Part shown: positions 35,780-45,670 of the stretch, piece after piece | How the letters are laid out: each line of letters opens with the position of its first letter | How positions within the stretch are numbered: position 1 is the stretch's first letter | Source of the DNA: a virus | Lineage: Duplodnaviria; Caudoviricetes | Reading direction: 5' to 3' (one strand) | Length of the DNA stretch: 56,376 nt | Virus record (IMG/VR): IMGVR_UViG_3300036715_000633 | Coordinates: 1-56,376 of that record | Made by a program: the position numbers and the translations under genes | Notes under the pieces: model-generated | Seen by the model: the letters and a program-made list of their open reading frames with translations, nothing else | What the model was told of the DNA's origin: nothing | Databases searched by the model: none

Positions 35780-38257
35780 TTAAGGGGTTATTTGCTGAAC
35801 CACGGTTGTGGTCGTTGCGCCAAAAGGTAACGCCCAGTTCGCGCCTACTGTAATACCTGAGGCCTTCGTTGTTCCAATGTCGCCCAGCTTACCTTGTCCA
35901 ATCGTTGCAGGGTTTGCCAAAATCAACTCATTAAAACTGGACGCGGGACCGTAGACTTTAATATCCGCCAGATTTAAATGGTGGGTCGCTGTACCTGTGT
36001 CAGTAAAACCGGAGCAAGCACCAGCCACGGCGTCCACAACGATTTTTGCCTGAAGGCACGACCAGCTATTTCCAGCCCCATCGTTGGAAGCTGTATTTTG
36101 CCGGAATCGAATCGCATTGGACCCACTTGGCTGATTGGCGTGGTAGGCTTCCAGCTGGAAGTCGTTACCTTCGCTAGTGGTATAGTTTTCCTGTGCGCCG
36201 AGGGTGGTGGTTGCCACAGGAGCGACGGTCCATGTGGCATTGGAAAAATCCAGTGTCGGCGCCGTGGCATACGACCCACCGCGGTCGATCTGAATACTGG
36301 CATCATCTAGTACGCCGTTTTCCACGCAGAATGTACCTACGGCGTTTACCGTAGGAGTACCGCCAGTGAATTTTAGTGCGTATTGCGTTCGGATCGAGGC
36401 ACCACCACTGCCCAACGCGGCCACAGTTGCGCCAATGACAGCCCCTGTAGTGGCGGCTGGAAACGCCACGTTATTGGCCGCGTTGGAGGATAAAATCAAG
36501 TAAATTCCGTTACCTGCTCCGCGCCATTCACGAGCCTTTAGCGACCCCTTGCAACGGCGCATAACGCCTTGCCACGAGATACCATTAAAACCACCCTTGG
36601 TGCGCACATTAACCTCGCAATCCAAATGTGGCCCGCCCGCGTCAGTGGCACTGCGAGTCGATACTGCCCATGTACTGGTTAAAGGGGTGGGAGATTCGTC
36701 CACGCTTATCAGATCAAAGCGGGTCCTTTCACTAACCCCGATTTCCACCAAGCTAATCAAAGTGCCACCCAGTTGCAGATTAGCAGAGTCACCCATAGAG
36801 CTTGCATTAATGACTCCGCTAAAATTGCTGGTACGACCTGCCGCCAAATTAGTCGCCGTTAATGTTGCGCTGTCACTGTGGTAACTTCGGATCGTAATAT
36901 CACTATCCTTAACCCCGCTTACTTGCACTAGCGAGTTAATGAAATCGGCCTCGATGTGCAACCGACGGGCGCGGGACACTGACGCACTACCTGTGGTGTC
37001 CATACCTATGTAACTTGTACCCGAATTTCTCACACGGCAATCTGTGATAGTGATATCGGAAGCCGGGCCGGTAACATTACCGTATAGCCCGATTGCAGGA
37101 CCCCAGCAATTTTCGATCCGCACATTATCAACCTCCAACATGGCGTTATCTGGAGAATCGATAGAGGCCAGCCCGCCATTGCGGGAGTTTTTAACCGTTA
37201 GACCTTTGATTTTGTTGCGGTAGCAGTTATTTGACAGAATAAATCCACCATTGGTATGCGCCACGGTATAATCAAAATTACTACCATCGATGTAAATATC
37301 CGTAAAGAAATTATCGTTGGACCAGCCATTCAAGTGGACCCCGTTACCCTGCGAATTCAACACATTGATATCACGGAAACGGGAGTAGCTCGAATTAGTT
37401 ACAACACCTTCCCCTGGCGCATTTGTGATGGTGATGTTATAAAAGAATGCCGCAGTATTGGCCGTGCGCAGTTCAGAGGTGCATTCCCAACGGCGATTAA
37501 GCAGGTTATTGGAGGCATTACCATCAATCGTGCCATTGTAGACGTAAACAGGCTGACCCGATGCGCGGCTGCATGTGTCCAAGGTCGGACCCATCGTTGC
37601 AATAGTTGCACCTGCTGCAAGGGTATCGATTACACCATTGCCTGAGATTAGAGCCAAGCCGTATGTGACACCTTCAAAAGTAAAGGTCCCCGTGGTACCT
37701 GGGCCGGGTGTGATTGTCTGAATAGCCAGGGCTTGATTGTTGTTGGTTTGAAGATATACCATTAAGCTGGTCGTCGCGTCACCTTGCCGGAGCCCTTTAA
37801 TATTGCAGGACATACCTACTTGCCAACCCGTGATGTCCGCAACCGCCACAGAAAACGCGCCAGCGCTTAGGGTCGCAGTAGTCGTGGTTGTAAGTTGTGG
37901 CGCACGTTTCAAAGTGGCTCCATTCATATCCAGCACCTGCCCCGCCTTCAGGCGCACGGCTCCGGAATAAATATTGTAAGTCGCACCTTGCGCCAGCGTT
38001 ATTTTTGCGCCAGCAGGTTGGTTATTAATGAAATCGCGCAGCAACGCAAAATCCGTTGCAGGGATGCCTGTCGGTGTTGGCGCCAAACTAGCAAGAGCCT
38101 GATATATTGCCCAACCGTTAGACAACAAGACCAAAGCATCCGCCAGTGGAACTTTAACCGGCACGCCCTGCGTTGACGAATAAACCGTACCGTTTGCATT
38201 TAACGAAGTGACGCGACCATCGGACGAGTCTGGTGGAACGAGGAGAATGGTTTGCAT
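35780..38257 (-). CDS. Tailspike/depolymerase-like right-handed beta-helix protein
   Basis: Pectin-lyase-like repeats (GTIDGN, ITNAPGEGV, NSQGNGVHL, IENCWGPAI). N-terminal ~50 aa shared with the next gene. Confidence 0.75.
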   Translation of the reverse strand: MQTILLVPPDSSDGRVTSLNANGTVYSSTQGVPVKVPLADALVLLSNGWAIYQALASLAPTPTGIPATDFALLRDFINNQPAGAKITLAQGATYNIYSGAVRLKAGQVLDMNGATLKRAPQLTTTTTATLSAGAFSVAVADITGWQVGMSCNIKGLRQGDATTSLMVYLQTNNNQALAIQTITPGPGTTGTFTFEGVTYGLALISGNGVIDTLAAGATIATMGPTLDTCSRASGQPVYVYNGTIDGNASNNLLNRRWECTSELRTANTAAFFYNITITNAPGEGVVTNSSYSRFRDINVLNSQGNGVHLNGWSNDNFFTDIYIDGSNFDYTVAHTNGGFILSNNCYRNKIKGLTVKNSRNGGLASIDSPDNAMLEVDNVRIENCWGPAIGLYGNVTGPASDITITDCRVRNSGTSYIGMDTTGSASVSRARRLHIEADFINSLVQVSGVKDSDITIRSYHSDSATLTATNLAAGRTSNFSGVINASSMGDSANLQLGGTLISLVEIGVSERTRFDLISVDESPTPLTSTWAVSTRSATDAGGPHLDCEVNVRTKGGFNGISWQGVMRRCKGSLKAREWRGAGNGIYLILSSNAANNVAFPAATTGAVIGATVAALGSGGASIRTQYALKFTGGTPTVNAVGTFCVENGVLDDASIQIDRGGSYATAPTLDFSNATWTVAPVATTTLGAQENYTTSEGNDFQLEAYHANQPSGSNAIRFRQNTASNDGAGNSWSCLQAKIVVDAVAGACSGFTDTGTATHHLNLADIKVYGPASSFNELILANPATIGQGKLGDIGTTKASGITVGANWALPFGATTTTVVQQITP

Positions 38258-38290
38258 TTTTGGATTCCTTATTGATTAAGTTAATGCGCG

Positions 38291-40396
38291 CTAGTCGTAG
38301 GTGTTTACTGCGGGCGGGTTAGCGGTTCGCACGGCTTGCATAACAACGCATGACCCGGAATGTGCGGTGCCCGATATAAAGTCCATACCTTCCGCGTAGG
38401 ACGCCGCTCCTATCAAATTACCAGCCTTGTCTTGCCAGAAATTACGAATGGACGAAGTTTGCCCGGTGTTGTAATTGCGAGTTCGCGCCGCGTAGGCCCA
38501 GTCCGATCCATTAGGTGAGGTCCAGAAATGATGATAGGGCTCATTCACTGTTGCGGTACCTTGGGTACGCAGCGACCCATACACGAATCCACCTTTGGCG
38601 CCCTTGTCGATAACTATGCCAACATTCCCGGACCCTGCATCAGCCATCACAATATCAGGACCGGTAGGAGTTGCGCGAAGCGTGCCCGTGTCAACACCCG
38701 TGGAAATAAAATAGTAGGGCGTGTTGGCTTGCAGCGGTGACGGAATCGCCCCTGAGGAGGTGACATACACCTGCTGTTTAGACAGCAACCGATGGGACCA
38801 GCAAGTAATCGTCGCACTTGCTGCCGTAGCTTTAATATTTCGCCGCGACTCTTTTCGCAGTGTGACTCCGATCAAAGGTGGGATATCATCCTGCCGTTCC
38901 AAACGGTTGCCCGCGCTAAGCCACGCCAATTTTTTGTCCATCGTGATCGAACTATAGGCGTCGTTCCATCCGATAGTTTTTTCGTTGTCGCAGTCAAGCA
39001 AGCCAAACACAAATTGCTCACCGAACACGAGGTCGCCGCAGCGGTTTAACTCACTGCCGTAAATGCAATTCCAGCCAGGTGTTGCTGCAATTTGCGCAAA
39101 TGTGGAATTTGCTACAGGCGCAGCACTCACCCCGTCCCATACGATAATCGCATTCTGCGAAGTGGTTTCCGTGGGCGCGTCATTGTCCCCTGTCAGGATA
39201 TAAATAAGGCCTGAGCTTGGGTCTTGGATTACGGCGTGCATGTGGTTAATGAGGTGCGTGCCGTTTGTGTTAAAGGTCAACAGCGCCGACCAGGTCAAAC
39301 CGTCATCCAGCGACTGCCACAAACGAACGGCGTCATTGGCACCACCCGGAGTGCGTGATCCGTTAACGTTGTATTCGGCAACAAGAACCTTGTAAACATA
39401 AGGCGACCCTTTTGGGTCTTGGACCTTGGCCTCACATACGGAGCGTTGATGCAGAATCCGAACGTTTTGCACCATCGTGTTACTGAGCCCGTCCGACGCG
39501 CCCAAGTTCAATACTGCGCGACCGTTCGTACCATTTAAATCATTACCCAGCGCGTATTTTGTCGCCGAGGTTGGCGATGCGCGCCAAAACATAAGGTTGG
39601 AAGAGTAGTTACCCGCGGCACCGCCCGCGACAAGAGTTGCCGCCGTTGCACCACCCGAACCCACAAGAATGGCTCCCGAATTTAAAACCTTGGCAATGCG
39701 AATAGTCGTACCGCTCCCGCCCATGTTGATCGTACCATCCGCTGATTTAGGGCAATTAACACCATTCGATATGGAAAAATTCCAGGTGTTAATTGCGGTT
39801 ATAGTCCCGCCGGCAGGGGCTTGCGTGATGTCACCATCGTAGGCATAGAGCTTGCGAACGAAATCACCGTTAGGACCATCCGAACACAAATAGGTCCCGT
39901 CTGGCAAATGCCCGAACGGCAAAACGGGAACCGACGCCAGACGATTCAGGGCGAGATAATTACCGGGCACGCTGGGCGCCATTTGCGAATCGCCGCTTTG
40001 CACGACAATGGAAATATTACCCGCCGTGGAGGTGACCACATAGGTCTGAATACCTTGCACCGCTGCGATTGTGATCGGCCCGCCTTGCGAGATTGCCCAC
40101 ACTGATCCATCACCTACGCGCAGAATTGAACCTGTGGAATTTACGTCACCTTGTACCGTGACGGCAAACCCGTCAAAAACCTGAAACGTTTTAGGGTTGC
40201 CCGGCGAGGCAATAAACGGAGTGTTACTACATACACCTTGGAAGTATTGCCAACCGTTAGCCAACAAAACCGACGCGTCAGCAGCACCCGCAGAAACGGG
40301 AACACCCTGCGTGGAGGAGTAGGTCGTACCATTTGCGACCAATGTGGTAACGCGCCCGTCGGTCGAATCAGGCGGAATCAATAACGTCGTGGACAT
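38291..40396 (-). CDS. Virion fibre/spike with Asp-box (BNR) beta-propeller, sialidase/glycosidase-like
   Basis: WQSLDDGLTW, HMHAVIQDP..G.IYILTGD, WTSPNGSDW. Same N-terminal module as 35780..38257. Confidence 0.65.
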   Translation of the reverse strand: MSTTLLIPPDSTDGRVTTLVANGTTYSSTQGVPVSAGAADASVLLANGWQYFQGVCSNTPFIASPGNPKTFQVFDGFAVTVQGDVNSTGSILRVGDGSVWAISQGGPITIAAVQGIQTYVVTSTAGNISIVVQSGDSQMAPSVPGNYLALNRLASVPVLPFGHLPDGTYLCSDGPNGDFVRKLYAYDGDITQAPAGGTITAINTWNFSISNGVNCPKSADGTINMGGSGTTIRIAKVLNSGAILVGSGGATAATLVAGGAAGNYSSNLMFWRASPTSATKYALGNDLNGTNGRAVLNLGASDGLSNTMVQNVRILHQRSVCEAKVQDPKGSPYVYKVLVAEYNVNGSRTPGGANDAVRLWQSLDDGLTWSALLTFNTNGTHLINHMHAVIQDPSSGLIYILTGDNDAPTETTSQNAIIVWDGVSAAPVANSTFAQIAATPGWNCIYGSELNRCGDLVFGEQFVFGLLDCDNEKTIGWNDAYSSITMDKKLAWLSAGNRLERQDDIPPLIGVTLRKESRRNIKATAASATITCWSHRLLSKQQVYVTSSGAIPSPLQANTPYYFISTGVDTGTLRATPTGPDIVMADAGSGNVGIVIDKGAKGGFVYGSLRTQGTATVNEPYHHFWTSPNGSDWAYAARTRNYNTGQTSSIRNFWQDKAGNLIGAASYAEGMDFISGTAHSGSCVVMQAVRTANPPAVNTYD

Positions 40397-40685
40397 TTAA
40401 ATTTCCTTCGGAGTTGGCAGCGGAGTCCTCGTCGTCTGGAATTGGAGTCGCCCAGGCCTTCGCTTGCTGAATTAGCATTTTGGCAAAAGAGATATCAGCC
40501 AGTTTGGAATCCTCGAGCGAATCACCGCGGCGTATTTTGCAGCTTGGCGCCAAATACAGGTTGAGCGATTCAGGTGCCACAAATGTGCGATACACCACGC
40601 CACCCATACGCCCCGACGATTGCTCCGTGGCTCCCAAGGTGCCCAAATATTCCGCAACCAATTCGGCATCAGTTTTACGACCCAT
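40368..40685 (-). CDS. Hypothetical protein
   Basis: GGAG RBS; overlaps the start of the fibre gene. Confidence 0.55.
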   Translation of the reverse strand: MGRKTDAELVAEYLGTLGATEQSSGRMGGVVYRTFVAPESLNLYLAPSCKIRRGDSLEDSKLADISFAKMLIQQAKAWATPIPDDEDSAANSEGNLNVHDVIDSA

Positions 40686-40718
40686 TATTTTAAATCTCCA
40701 GTTGGGCGAGGATGCTGC

Positions 40719-40747
40719 ATATTAGCACCCTCGCAGGTTGAAAACAA
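40719..40747 (-). promoter_or_regulatory. sigma70-like promoter heading the fibre/virion genes, embedded in an inverted repeat
   Basis: TTGTTT-17-TAATAT with an extended TG; 11-bp stem at 40706-40734. Confidence 0.5.
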
Positions 40748-40748
40748 T

Positions 40749-42200
40749 TTACGCCTTTTTACCGTCCTCAATCAGGACCAGGGTATGTTTGGCGCGGGTC
40801 GCGGCGACGTAACAGAGGTTAATCTCTTGACCCTTTTGCCATTCCTGCTTCGCCCACTTTGCAGGGCAGAGGGGGCTATTAAGCCAGAACACCCGCGAAG
40901 CCTCGAGCCCTTTGGCTTTGTGAATCGTTGCGAGTTTCAAGCGGCGACCGCCATCCGTGAATAACGAATCGATGACAGCTAGCAGCGCCTCGATAGTGCG
41001 GGTTTCCTCGTCCATGCTATGCAGCAGGCACAGAATAGCATCGCACTTGTCTTGGACCGCGTCAGCCTTGCTGTCCAGCTGTTTAGCGATGGCCTTATCG
41101 ACTTCGCGCATGGCCCAGGCTTCCAGTTTTAGCTCGAGGTCATCGACGCCGTTGGCTTTCATGCGATTAATGAGGACCTTCAACCCTTGCCCGATTTCGC
41201 GGCCCATTACGCTAACAGGCACGCGTGCTTTCAGCAGACGATAGGCAAGCTGGATCAGTGGCTTGGTGTTGCGACATACCACGAGGTCGTCAATACCGAA
41301 TGCAGTGTGATCCCATTTATACCCCAGGTCCAATACTTCGCCTTCTGGTGCATCGTCGCACGGCTCAATGTGCGAAACCCACTTGCGTGCGTGATTAACG
41401 ACAGACTTCGCGCAGCGATACGACACGGTCAGCGGGAACCGCGTGCAGTTAAATTCCTCGGCGATCAGGTTAAGGCTGTTGCTATCGGCACCGCGGAAAC
41501 CATAGATAGCCTGCGCAGGGTCACCCACCGCAATGATACGCGTGTGCGCGTGCATGATCTTGCGCAGAATCGCACGCTGGATGGCATTCGTGTCCTGAGC
41601 CTCGTCCACGAAAATAAAGTCAAACTTCGGCAGCACGATTCCATCCTTAACGGCAAAATACAGCATGTCATCGAAGTCCACGAGGTTCGATGCGTTTGAC
41701 CACATCAACAACTTACGGGCAATCTCAACAGCCCGCGGCATTTCTGCCCTTTCGTTTTCCAGTTCCAGATCGTGATGCTGGATGATGTCATACCACGCCG
41801 ACTCGTCGTCCGCTTCGAGGCAACCGATGCCGACTTGGCGTGCGAGGCCTACGAGTCGCGCAGCGAATTGGCCATAAATCCAATCATCGTCCTGGGACAG
41901 GTTTTGTTTCGTCAGGTGACGGAGCTTGTTGGTCTCCACGCTGTTAGTCATACGCGCACGCGTGACAGGCGAGTAGGTCAAGCTGTGGAACGTGCGTGCG
42001 TTGACGCCTCGCGTTTTCAACTCCTCGGCAATCGACTTGTTAAAGGCGAGGAAAATCGAGGATCCTTGGATGCGGTTGATTGCTTCCACGATGGTCGTGG
42101 TCTTGCCGGAGCCTGCGACAGCCTCCACGATTGCGTTACCTTGCCCGTGCTGGGCGAAGTCAAAGATGGCGTTTTGATAGTTGGACCAAGTTGCAGACAT
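40749..42200 (-). CDS. UvrD/Rep-family SF1 helicase
   Basis: AVAGSGKTT, DEAQD, VGDPAQAIYGFRGA, SYRC, TIHKAKGLE, YVAATRAK. Confidence 0.93.
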   Translation of the reverse strand: MSATWSNYQNAIFDFAQHGQGNAIVEAVAGSGKTTTIVEAINRIQGSSIFLAFNKSIAEELKTRGVNARTFHSLTYSPVTRARMTNSVETNKLRHLTKQNLSQDDDWIYGQFAARLVGLARQVGIGCLEADDESAWYDIIQHHDLELENERAEMPRAVEIARKLLMWSNASNLVDFDDMLYFAVKDGIVLPKFDFIFVDEAQDTNAIQRAILRKIMHAHTRIIAVGDPAQAIYGFRGADSNSLNLIAEEFNCTRFPLTVSYRCAKSVVNHARKWVSHIEPCDDAPEGEVLDLGYKWDHTAFGIDDLVVCRNTKPLIQLAYRLLKARVPVSVMGREIGQGLKVLINRMKANGVDDLELKLEAWAMREVDKAIAKQLDSKADAVQDKCDAILCLLHSMDEETRTIEALLAVIDSLFTDGGRRLKLATIHKAKGLEASRVFWLNSPLCPAKWAKQEWQKGQEINLCYVAATRAKHTLVLIEDGKKA

Positions 42201-42239
42201 GATGTGTTTCCTTTTCGCGTGATGTTCGAGTAGTGGGTG

Positions 42240-42464
42240 TTAATGTGTTGCAGGTGCGAACGCGTTGTGTGGCAACTCGTTCAGCAGGTGGGACGTTTTC
42301 ATTTCGGCGTGAATCGCTGCACAGTCGATGGTCTGTTTAAATTTGCGATACAGATTGGCGCGCACAACATCAACGGAGATTACTTGCGCACCTTTGCGGA
42401 AAATACGATCTTCGAGGACTTCGATGATGGCGGTTTCGATCTGAGCGGCGGTCGGTTTAAACAT
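42240..42464 (-). CDS. Hypothetical early protein
   Basis: GGAG RBS with a promoter directly upstream. Confidence 0.6.
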   Translation of the reverse strand: MFKPTAAQIETAIIEVLEDRIFRKGAQVISVDVVRANLYRKFKQTIDCAAIHAEMKTSHLLNELPHNAFAPATH

Positions 42465-42495
42465 TTTTTTCTCCGGTGAGTGATTCGATATAAAG

Positions 42496-42524
42496 ATTAT
42501 ACACCCACCGGATTGACCCGTAAA
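42496..42524 (-). promoter_or_regulatory. Strong sigma70-like promoter
   Basis: TTTACG-17-TATAAT. Confidence 0.7.
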
Positions 42525-42526
42525 GT

Positions 42527-43249
42527 TTAATTTAGCGCAAGTGTTGCCTTTTTAGTGGAACCCACCTGAGGTGCCAGATTGATCTTGGATCCAAACTGTT
42601 TACCAGCGCCGAAGGCTTCGCCGTTCGTAATTCCTTTGCCGGCTTTGCCCTTTTTCAGTTCACCGTGTCGAGCCAAGATTAACGCGCTGTTAGCGTTTGC
42701 CTCGCTTTCGTGTAGGTTCGTCAGCACCAGCGCGTTTGCGGGCGCTGTAGTCGATTCTGATGCGGATGCAGCGGCTTTTATCTCGCGGACTCGTTCGCGC
42801 AGCTTTGCGACGACACCCAACGCGAACGAACGTGCGGCAGGGCACGAATCATCCTTATACAGCTTGCGGGCCTCCTTGAGGATCGAGGTGATTACATACT
42901 CGGTCAGAACCATGGCCGTCGTTGCATTCGACTCCTTGCCGACAAATACGTGGTACCCTTTCCAGGAGTTGACTTTGCCCATGCTGTAGTATTTGCAGAA
43001 AAACAGATTAGCGATGATGTTGGCGCAATTCTTGGACCAGATCGTGCTGACCATGATGGCTTGGAATTCGTCGCGTCGCTCCTGAGGCACTGCGTTTTCG
43101 ACATCAACCATAGACAAATTGTACTTTGCCAGCAGGTTGTAAGACATGCGCAGCGCGTTGTCACGTTCACCTTCGGACGCGGCGGCGTCGTTTGCCAACG
43201 CCATCATTTTGCGGATGCGTGCGAGGATCTTGTTTTCTTGGGTTTCCAT
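42527..43249 (-). CDS. DUF2786-domain protein
   Basis: KILARIRKMMALA...EGERDNA...LLAKYNL. Confidence 0.75.
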   Translation of the reverse strand: METQENKILARIRKMMALANDAAASEGERDNALRMSYNLLAKYNLSMVDVENAVPQERRDEFQAIMVSTIWSKNCANIIANLFFCKYYSMGKVNSWKGYHVFVGKESNATTAMVLTEYVITSILKEARKLYKDDSCPAARSFALGVVAKLRERVREIKAAASASESTTAPANALVLTNLHESEANANSALILARHGELKKGKAGKGITNGEAFGAGKQFGSKINLAPQVGSTKKATLALN

Positions 43250-43259
43250 GTCGATCTCC

Positions 43260-43496
43260 TTAGGCCAGAAGTTTGTGCAAAGCTGCGACGGTCACGCGCT
43301 GCCCGTTGAGTTTGTACGTCAGGCGTGCGAAGTTTGCACCAGTGCCGAAACGGCTGGTGTTATTTACTACCATCTTTGCGCAAATCTCAACAAGACCTTC
43401 GGAGGTTTGTACTTCGCTGGAAACACCCATCCATGCGCTTTCCTTCACGCACTTGGCGGAAAGGCTATTCGCGGCAGCAATCACTAACTTTTTCAT
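43260..43496 (-). CDS. Hypothetical protein
   Basis: AGGAG RBS, tight packing. Confidence 0.55.
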   Translation of the reverse strand: MKKLVIAAANSLSAKCVKESAWMGVSSEVQTSEGLVEICAKMVVNNTSRFGTGANFARLTYKLNGQRVTVAALHKLLA

Positions 43497-43529
43497 TTTC
43501 TACTCCTACGTGTGTTTTCGAGGATTTGA

Positions 43530-43910
43530 TTATCTCGCCGCACGCGTAGGACCGTCAACCGTTATTTTGATTTTTCGCAAATCTGCGACATTCCCCCTGG
43601 CACGCGGATGCGGCGCGACAATAGCGGGAATGTTGAAGGCTTCGCGCAGTTCCCGAATTGGAATGCCGGATAATTCGTGCATCCGCATAATCCAATGCTC
43701 AGGCAATGAGGCCTTATCGTGACGGCAGCGACTAAGCCCTGCGTCCGATATCTGTAGCATTTCCTTGACCACATGAATCGATGGCGCACCGATCTCCAGT
43801 CGCACGTACTCCAGCAAGCCGTCGATTACGCTGATAGCTGTCAGGCTTGCGCCGAGAATTGTGTCAGGCCGACGGAATGTGATGACCTTCCCTGTATCGT
43901 GGCATGGCAT
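43530..43910 (-). CDS. Putative HTH DNA-binding protein
   Basis: VKEMLQISDAGLSRCRH...IMRMHELSGIPIRELR, XRE-like. Confidence 0.55.
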   Translation of the reverse strand: MPCHDTGKVITFRRPDTILGASLTAISVIDGLLEYVRLEIGAPSIHVVKEMLQISDAGLSRCRHDKASLPEHWIMRMHELSGIPIRELREAFNIPAIVAPHPRARGNVADLRKIKITVDGPTRAAR

Positions 43911-43912
43911 GA

Positions 43913-44242
43913 TTAAGCCTCCCGCCGACGTTTAGCAACTTCGTCCGCAATCGCATCACGCGAAAACACCTGACCGCGAAACATCACTTTAATCATGCCG
44001 GGATCGTTGTCGAGTAGGGTTGCCAATCGAACAAGGTCCATCGTTGGAATGCCAATCACTTCGTTGACCGTGGCGCTTGGAGGAGGTGCGGCCTCCACTT
44101 CCGCCAGCTTGCCCAGTAACGTCACTGCGGCGCTGTTTAATTGATGAATCAAAGCCAGGGCATCCTCATGCTCCTTCGCTTTCGCCAGATGCTTCTCCAT
44201 CCAGCCACGATGGTAGTTTTCAAGTTCGGCAGGTGTTTTCAT
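43913..44242 (-). CDS. Hypothetical protein
   Basis: ATG at 44242 (MKTPAEL) overlaps the upstream stop. Confidence 0.5.
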   Translation of the reverse strand: MKTPAELENYHRGWMEKHLAKAKEHEDALALIHQLNSAAVTLLGKLAEVEAAPPPSATVNEVIGIPTMDLVRLATLLDNDPGMIKVMFRGQVFSRDAIADEVAKRRREA

Positions 44243-44511
44243 TTCTTCACCCCGCACAAACGCGAACGGACCGCGGTTAAATCGCTCGAACCCGTCCACC
44301 ACGCTGTACAGGCTTCGGTCATATCTTCGCCAACCTTTTGCAACGGGATGGCGTTGACGGGAACCTTGACGACGATCGGCGCGACGACGGAAACAAGCGC
44401 CAGTGTGGTCAACGCACCCACGATGATGCCGCACGCGAACGCCGCGAGGCAAGGCGCAAATAATTTGTCCATCGGATGCTTTCCTTCAACGGAATAAAAT
44501 GAGGTGTTCAT
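44239..44511 (-). CDS. Hypothetical membrane protein
   Basis: One TM segment; C-terminal CTAWW...LC. Confidence 0.5.
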   Translation of the reverse strand: MNTSFYSVEGKHPMDKLFAPCLAAFACGIIVGALTTLALVSVVAPIVVKVPVNAIPLQKVGEDMTEACTAWWTGSSDLTAVRSRLCGVKK

Positions 44512-44525
44512 AATTCGCCCTTTAA

Positions 44526-44732
44526 TCATTGGCCTACAAGTTCCAGAATATCAGCCCATACGTCTGCACGCACGCGACCAGAACCCATTACAGGAGCCTT
44601 TGTGTATTCCGTAACCAAATGCTGGAGTTGCACGGTGTCGATAACCTTGTACGTGTAGATATTCGACCACGCGGCATTACTGGACCCCTGACAAATCGTG
44701 CCAGGGAGCAAATTTGAGATTTCGAGGCTCAT
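44526..44732 (-). CDS. Hypothetical protein
   Basis: ATGA-coupled to the upstream ORF. Confidence 0.45.
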   Translation of the reverse strand: MSLEISNLLPGTICQGSSNAAWSNIYTYKVIDTVQLQHLVTEYTKAPVMGSGRVRADVWADILELVGQ

Positions 44733-45016
44733 AATTGAATCCCGACATTGTGGATTGGCAAATGATTCCCCACCAGTTCAATACTGAACACAGGATGGGT
44801 TTCTGCGTAGTTCACCATGTCCAGACGGAAGCCCGACAGACCCTCAGGAATCGGCACGTAAGCGCTGAGGCTTTCGATCAGGTGTGCAAGTTCCGGAAGT
44901 GAATGGACGGGCGTCACAGTGTCGCTAATGCGGCCAGCGATGACGTTCGCCGCGGTGTAGCTGTGCAGGTTAAACAGGACGGGCTGTTGATGCTGAAAGT
45001 GGCAAGTTTGGCGCAT
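44729..45016 (-). CDS. Hypothetical protein
   Basis: GGAG RBS and ATG at 45016. Confidence 0.5.
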   Translation of the reverse strand: MRQTCHFQHQQPVLFNLHSYTAANVIAGRISDTVTPVHSLPELAHLIESLSAYVPIPEGLSGFRLDMVNYAETHPVFSIELVGNHLPIHNVGIQL

Positions 45017-45053
45017 GATGTTCTCCAGTAAGTAAATGCACATTTTACAACGG

Positions 45054-45084
45054 AAAGCGGGCACCATTTAGATGCCCGCTTTTT
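45054..45084. terminator. Intrinsic terminator (bidirectional-looking)
   Basis: AAAGCGGGCA-loop-TGCCCGCTTTTT. Confidence 0.65.
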
Positions 45085-45085
45085 A

Positions 45086-45355
45086 TTAAATCAGTTTGTT
45101 GATGTCGAGGTTAAGGTCGTGGCAGCAGGCGCAAAGCACCTCGGTGCGGCGATTCATCTCCTTGGAGATCATTTCCAGAACGTCGTCAGACGCAGCGTGG
45201 AACACAAACCCCTCGAACGCAATTTCCACGCTTGCATCGTCAGCGGCGAGAATTGCAGTGTAACGCGCATTCAGATCCTTGATGTAATCAGCGATGGATT
45301 TTACTTCCTCGATTGCGTCGGCCAGCTGGCTCAACGTCATTGGTGGTTTTTTCAT
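45086..45355 (-). CDS. Hypothetical protein
   Basis: AAGGA RBS; upstream TTGCAC-16-TATAAT. Confidence 0.55.
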   Translation of the reverse strand: MKKPPMTLSQLADAIEEVKSIADYIKDLNARYTAILAADDASVEIAFEGFVFHAASDDVLEMISKEMNRRTEVLCACCHDLNLDINKLI

Positions 45356-45458
45356 TTCTCGTTTCCTTTCGTCACTGGGCGGTACTTAGATTTCGCGCCC
45401 CAGTGACTACATTATAACAGCGTTTTCCAACTGTGCAAGGATCTGCGCGAAATGTTGT

Positions 45459-45659
45459 TTAAACGTCGGATTCGTCAACATGCGCGATGGCGACAACGAT
45501 CCCCGCGATGTCGCGCAATGTCGCCTCGTGATCGCCGGTTACCAGCGGGCGAAACGTCACGCCTAGTTTGGGTTCGCGGTTCGGGTTTGCGCGGCACGCG
45601 TTGAAAATCGCTTCTATTGCGATGCCGACTGGGATTCCTTGGGTTTCGAGGTTGGTCAT
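45459..45659 (-). CDS. Hypothetical protein
   Basis: AAGGAG RBS. Confidence 0.55.
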   Translation of the reverse strand: MTNLETQGIPVGIAIEAIFNACRANPNREPKLGVTFRPLVTGDHEATLRDIAGIVVAIAHVDESDV

Positions 45660-45670
45660 TTTGCGGCTCC

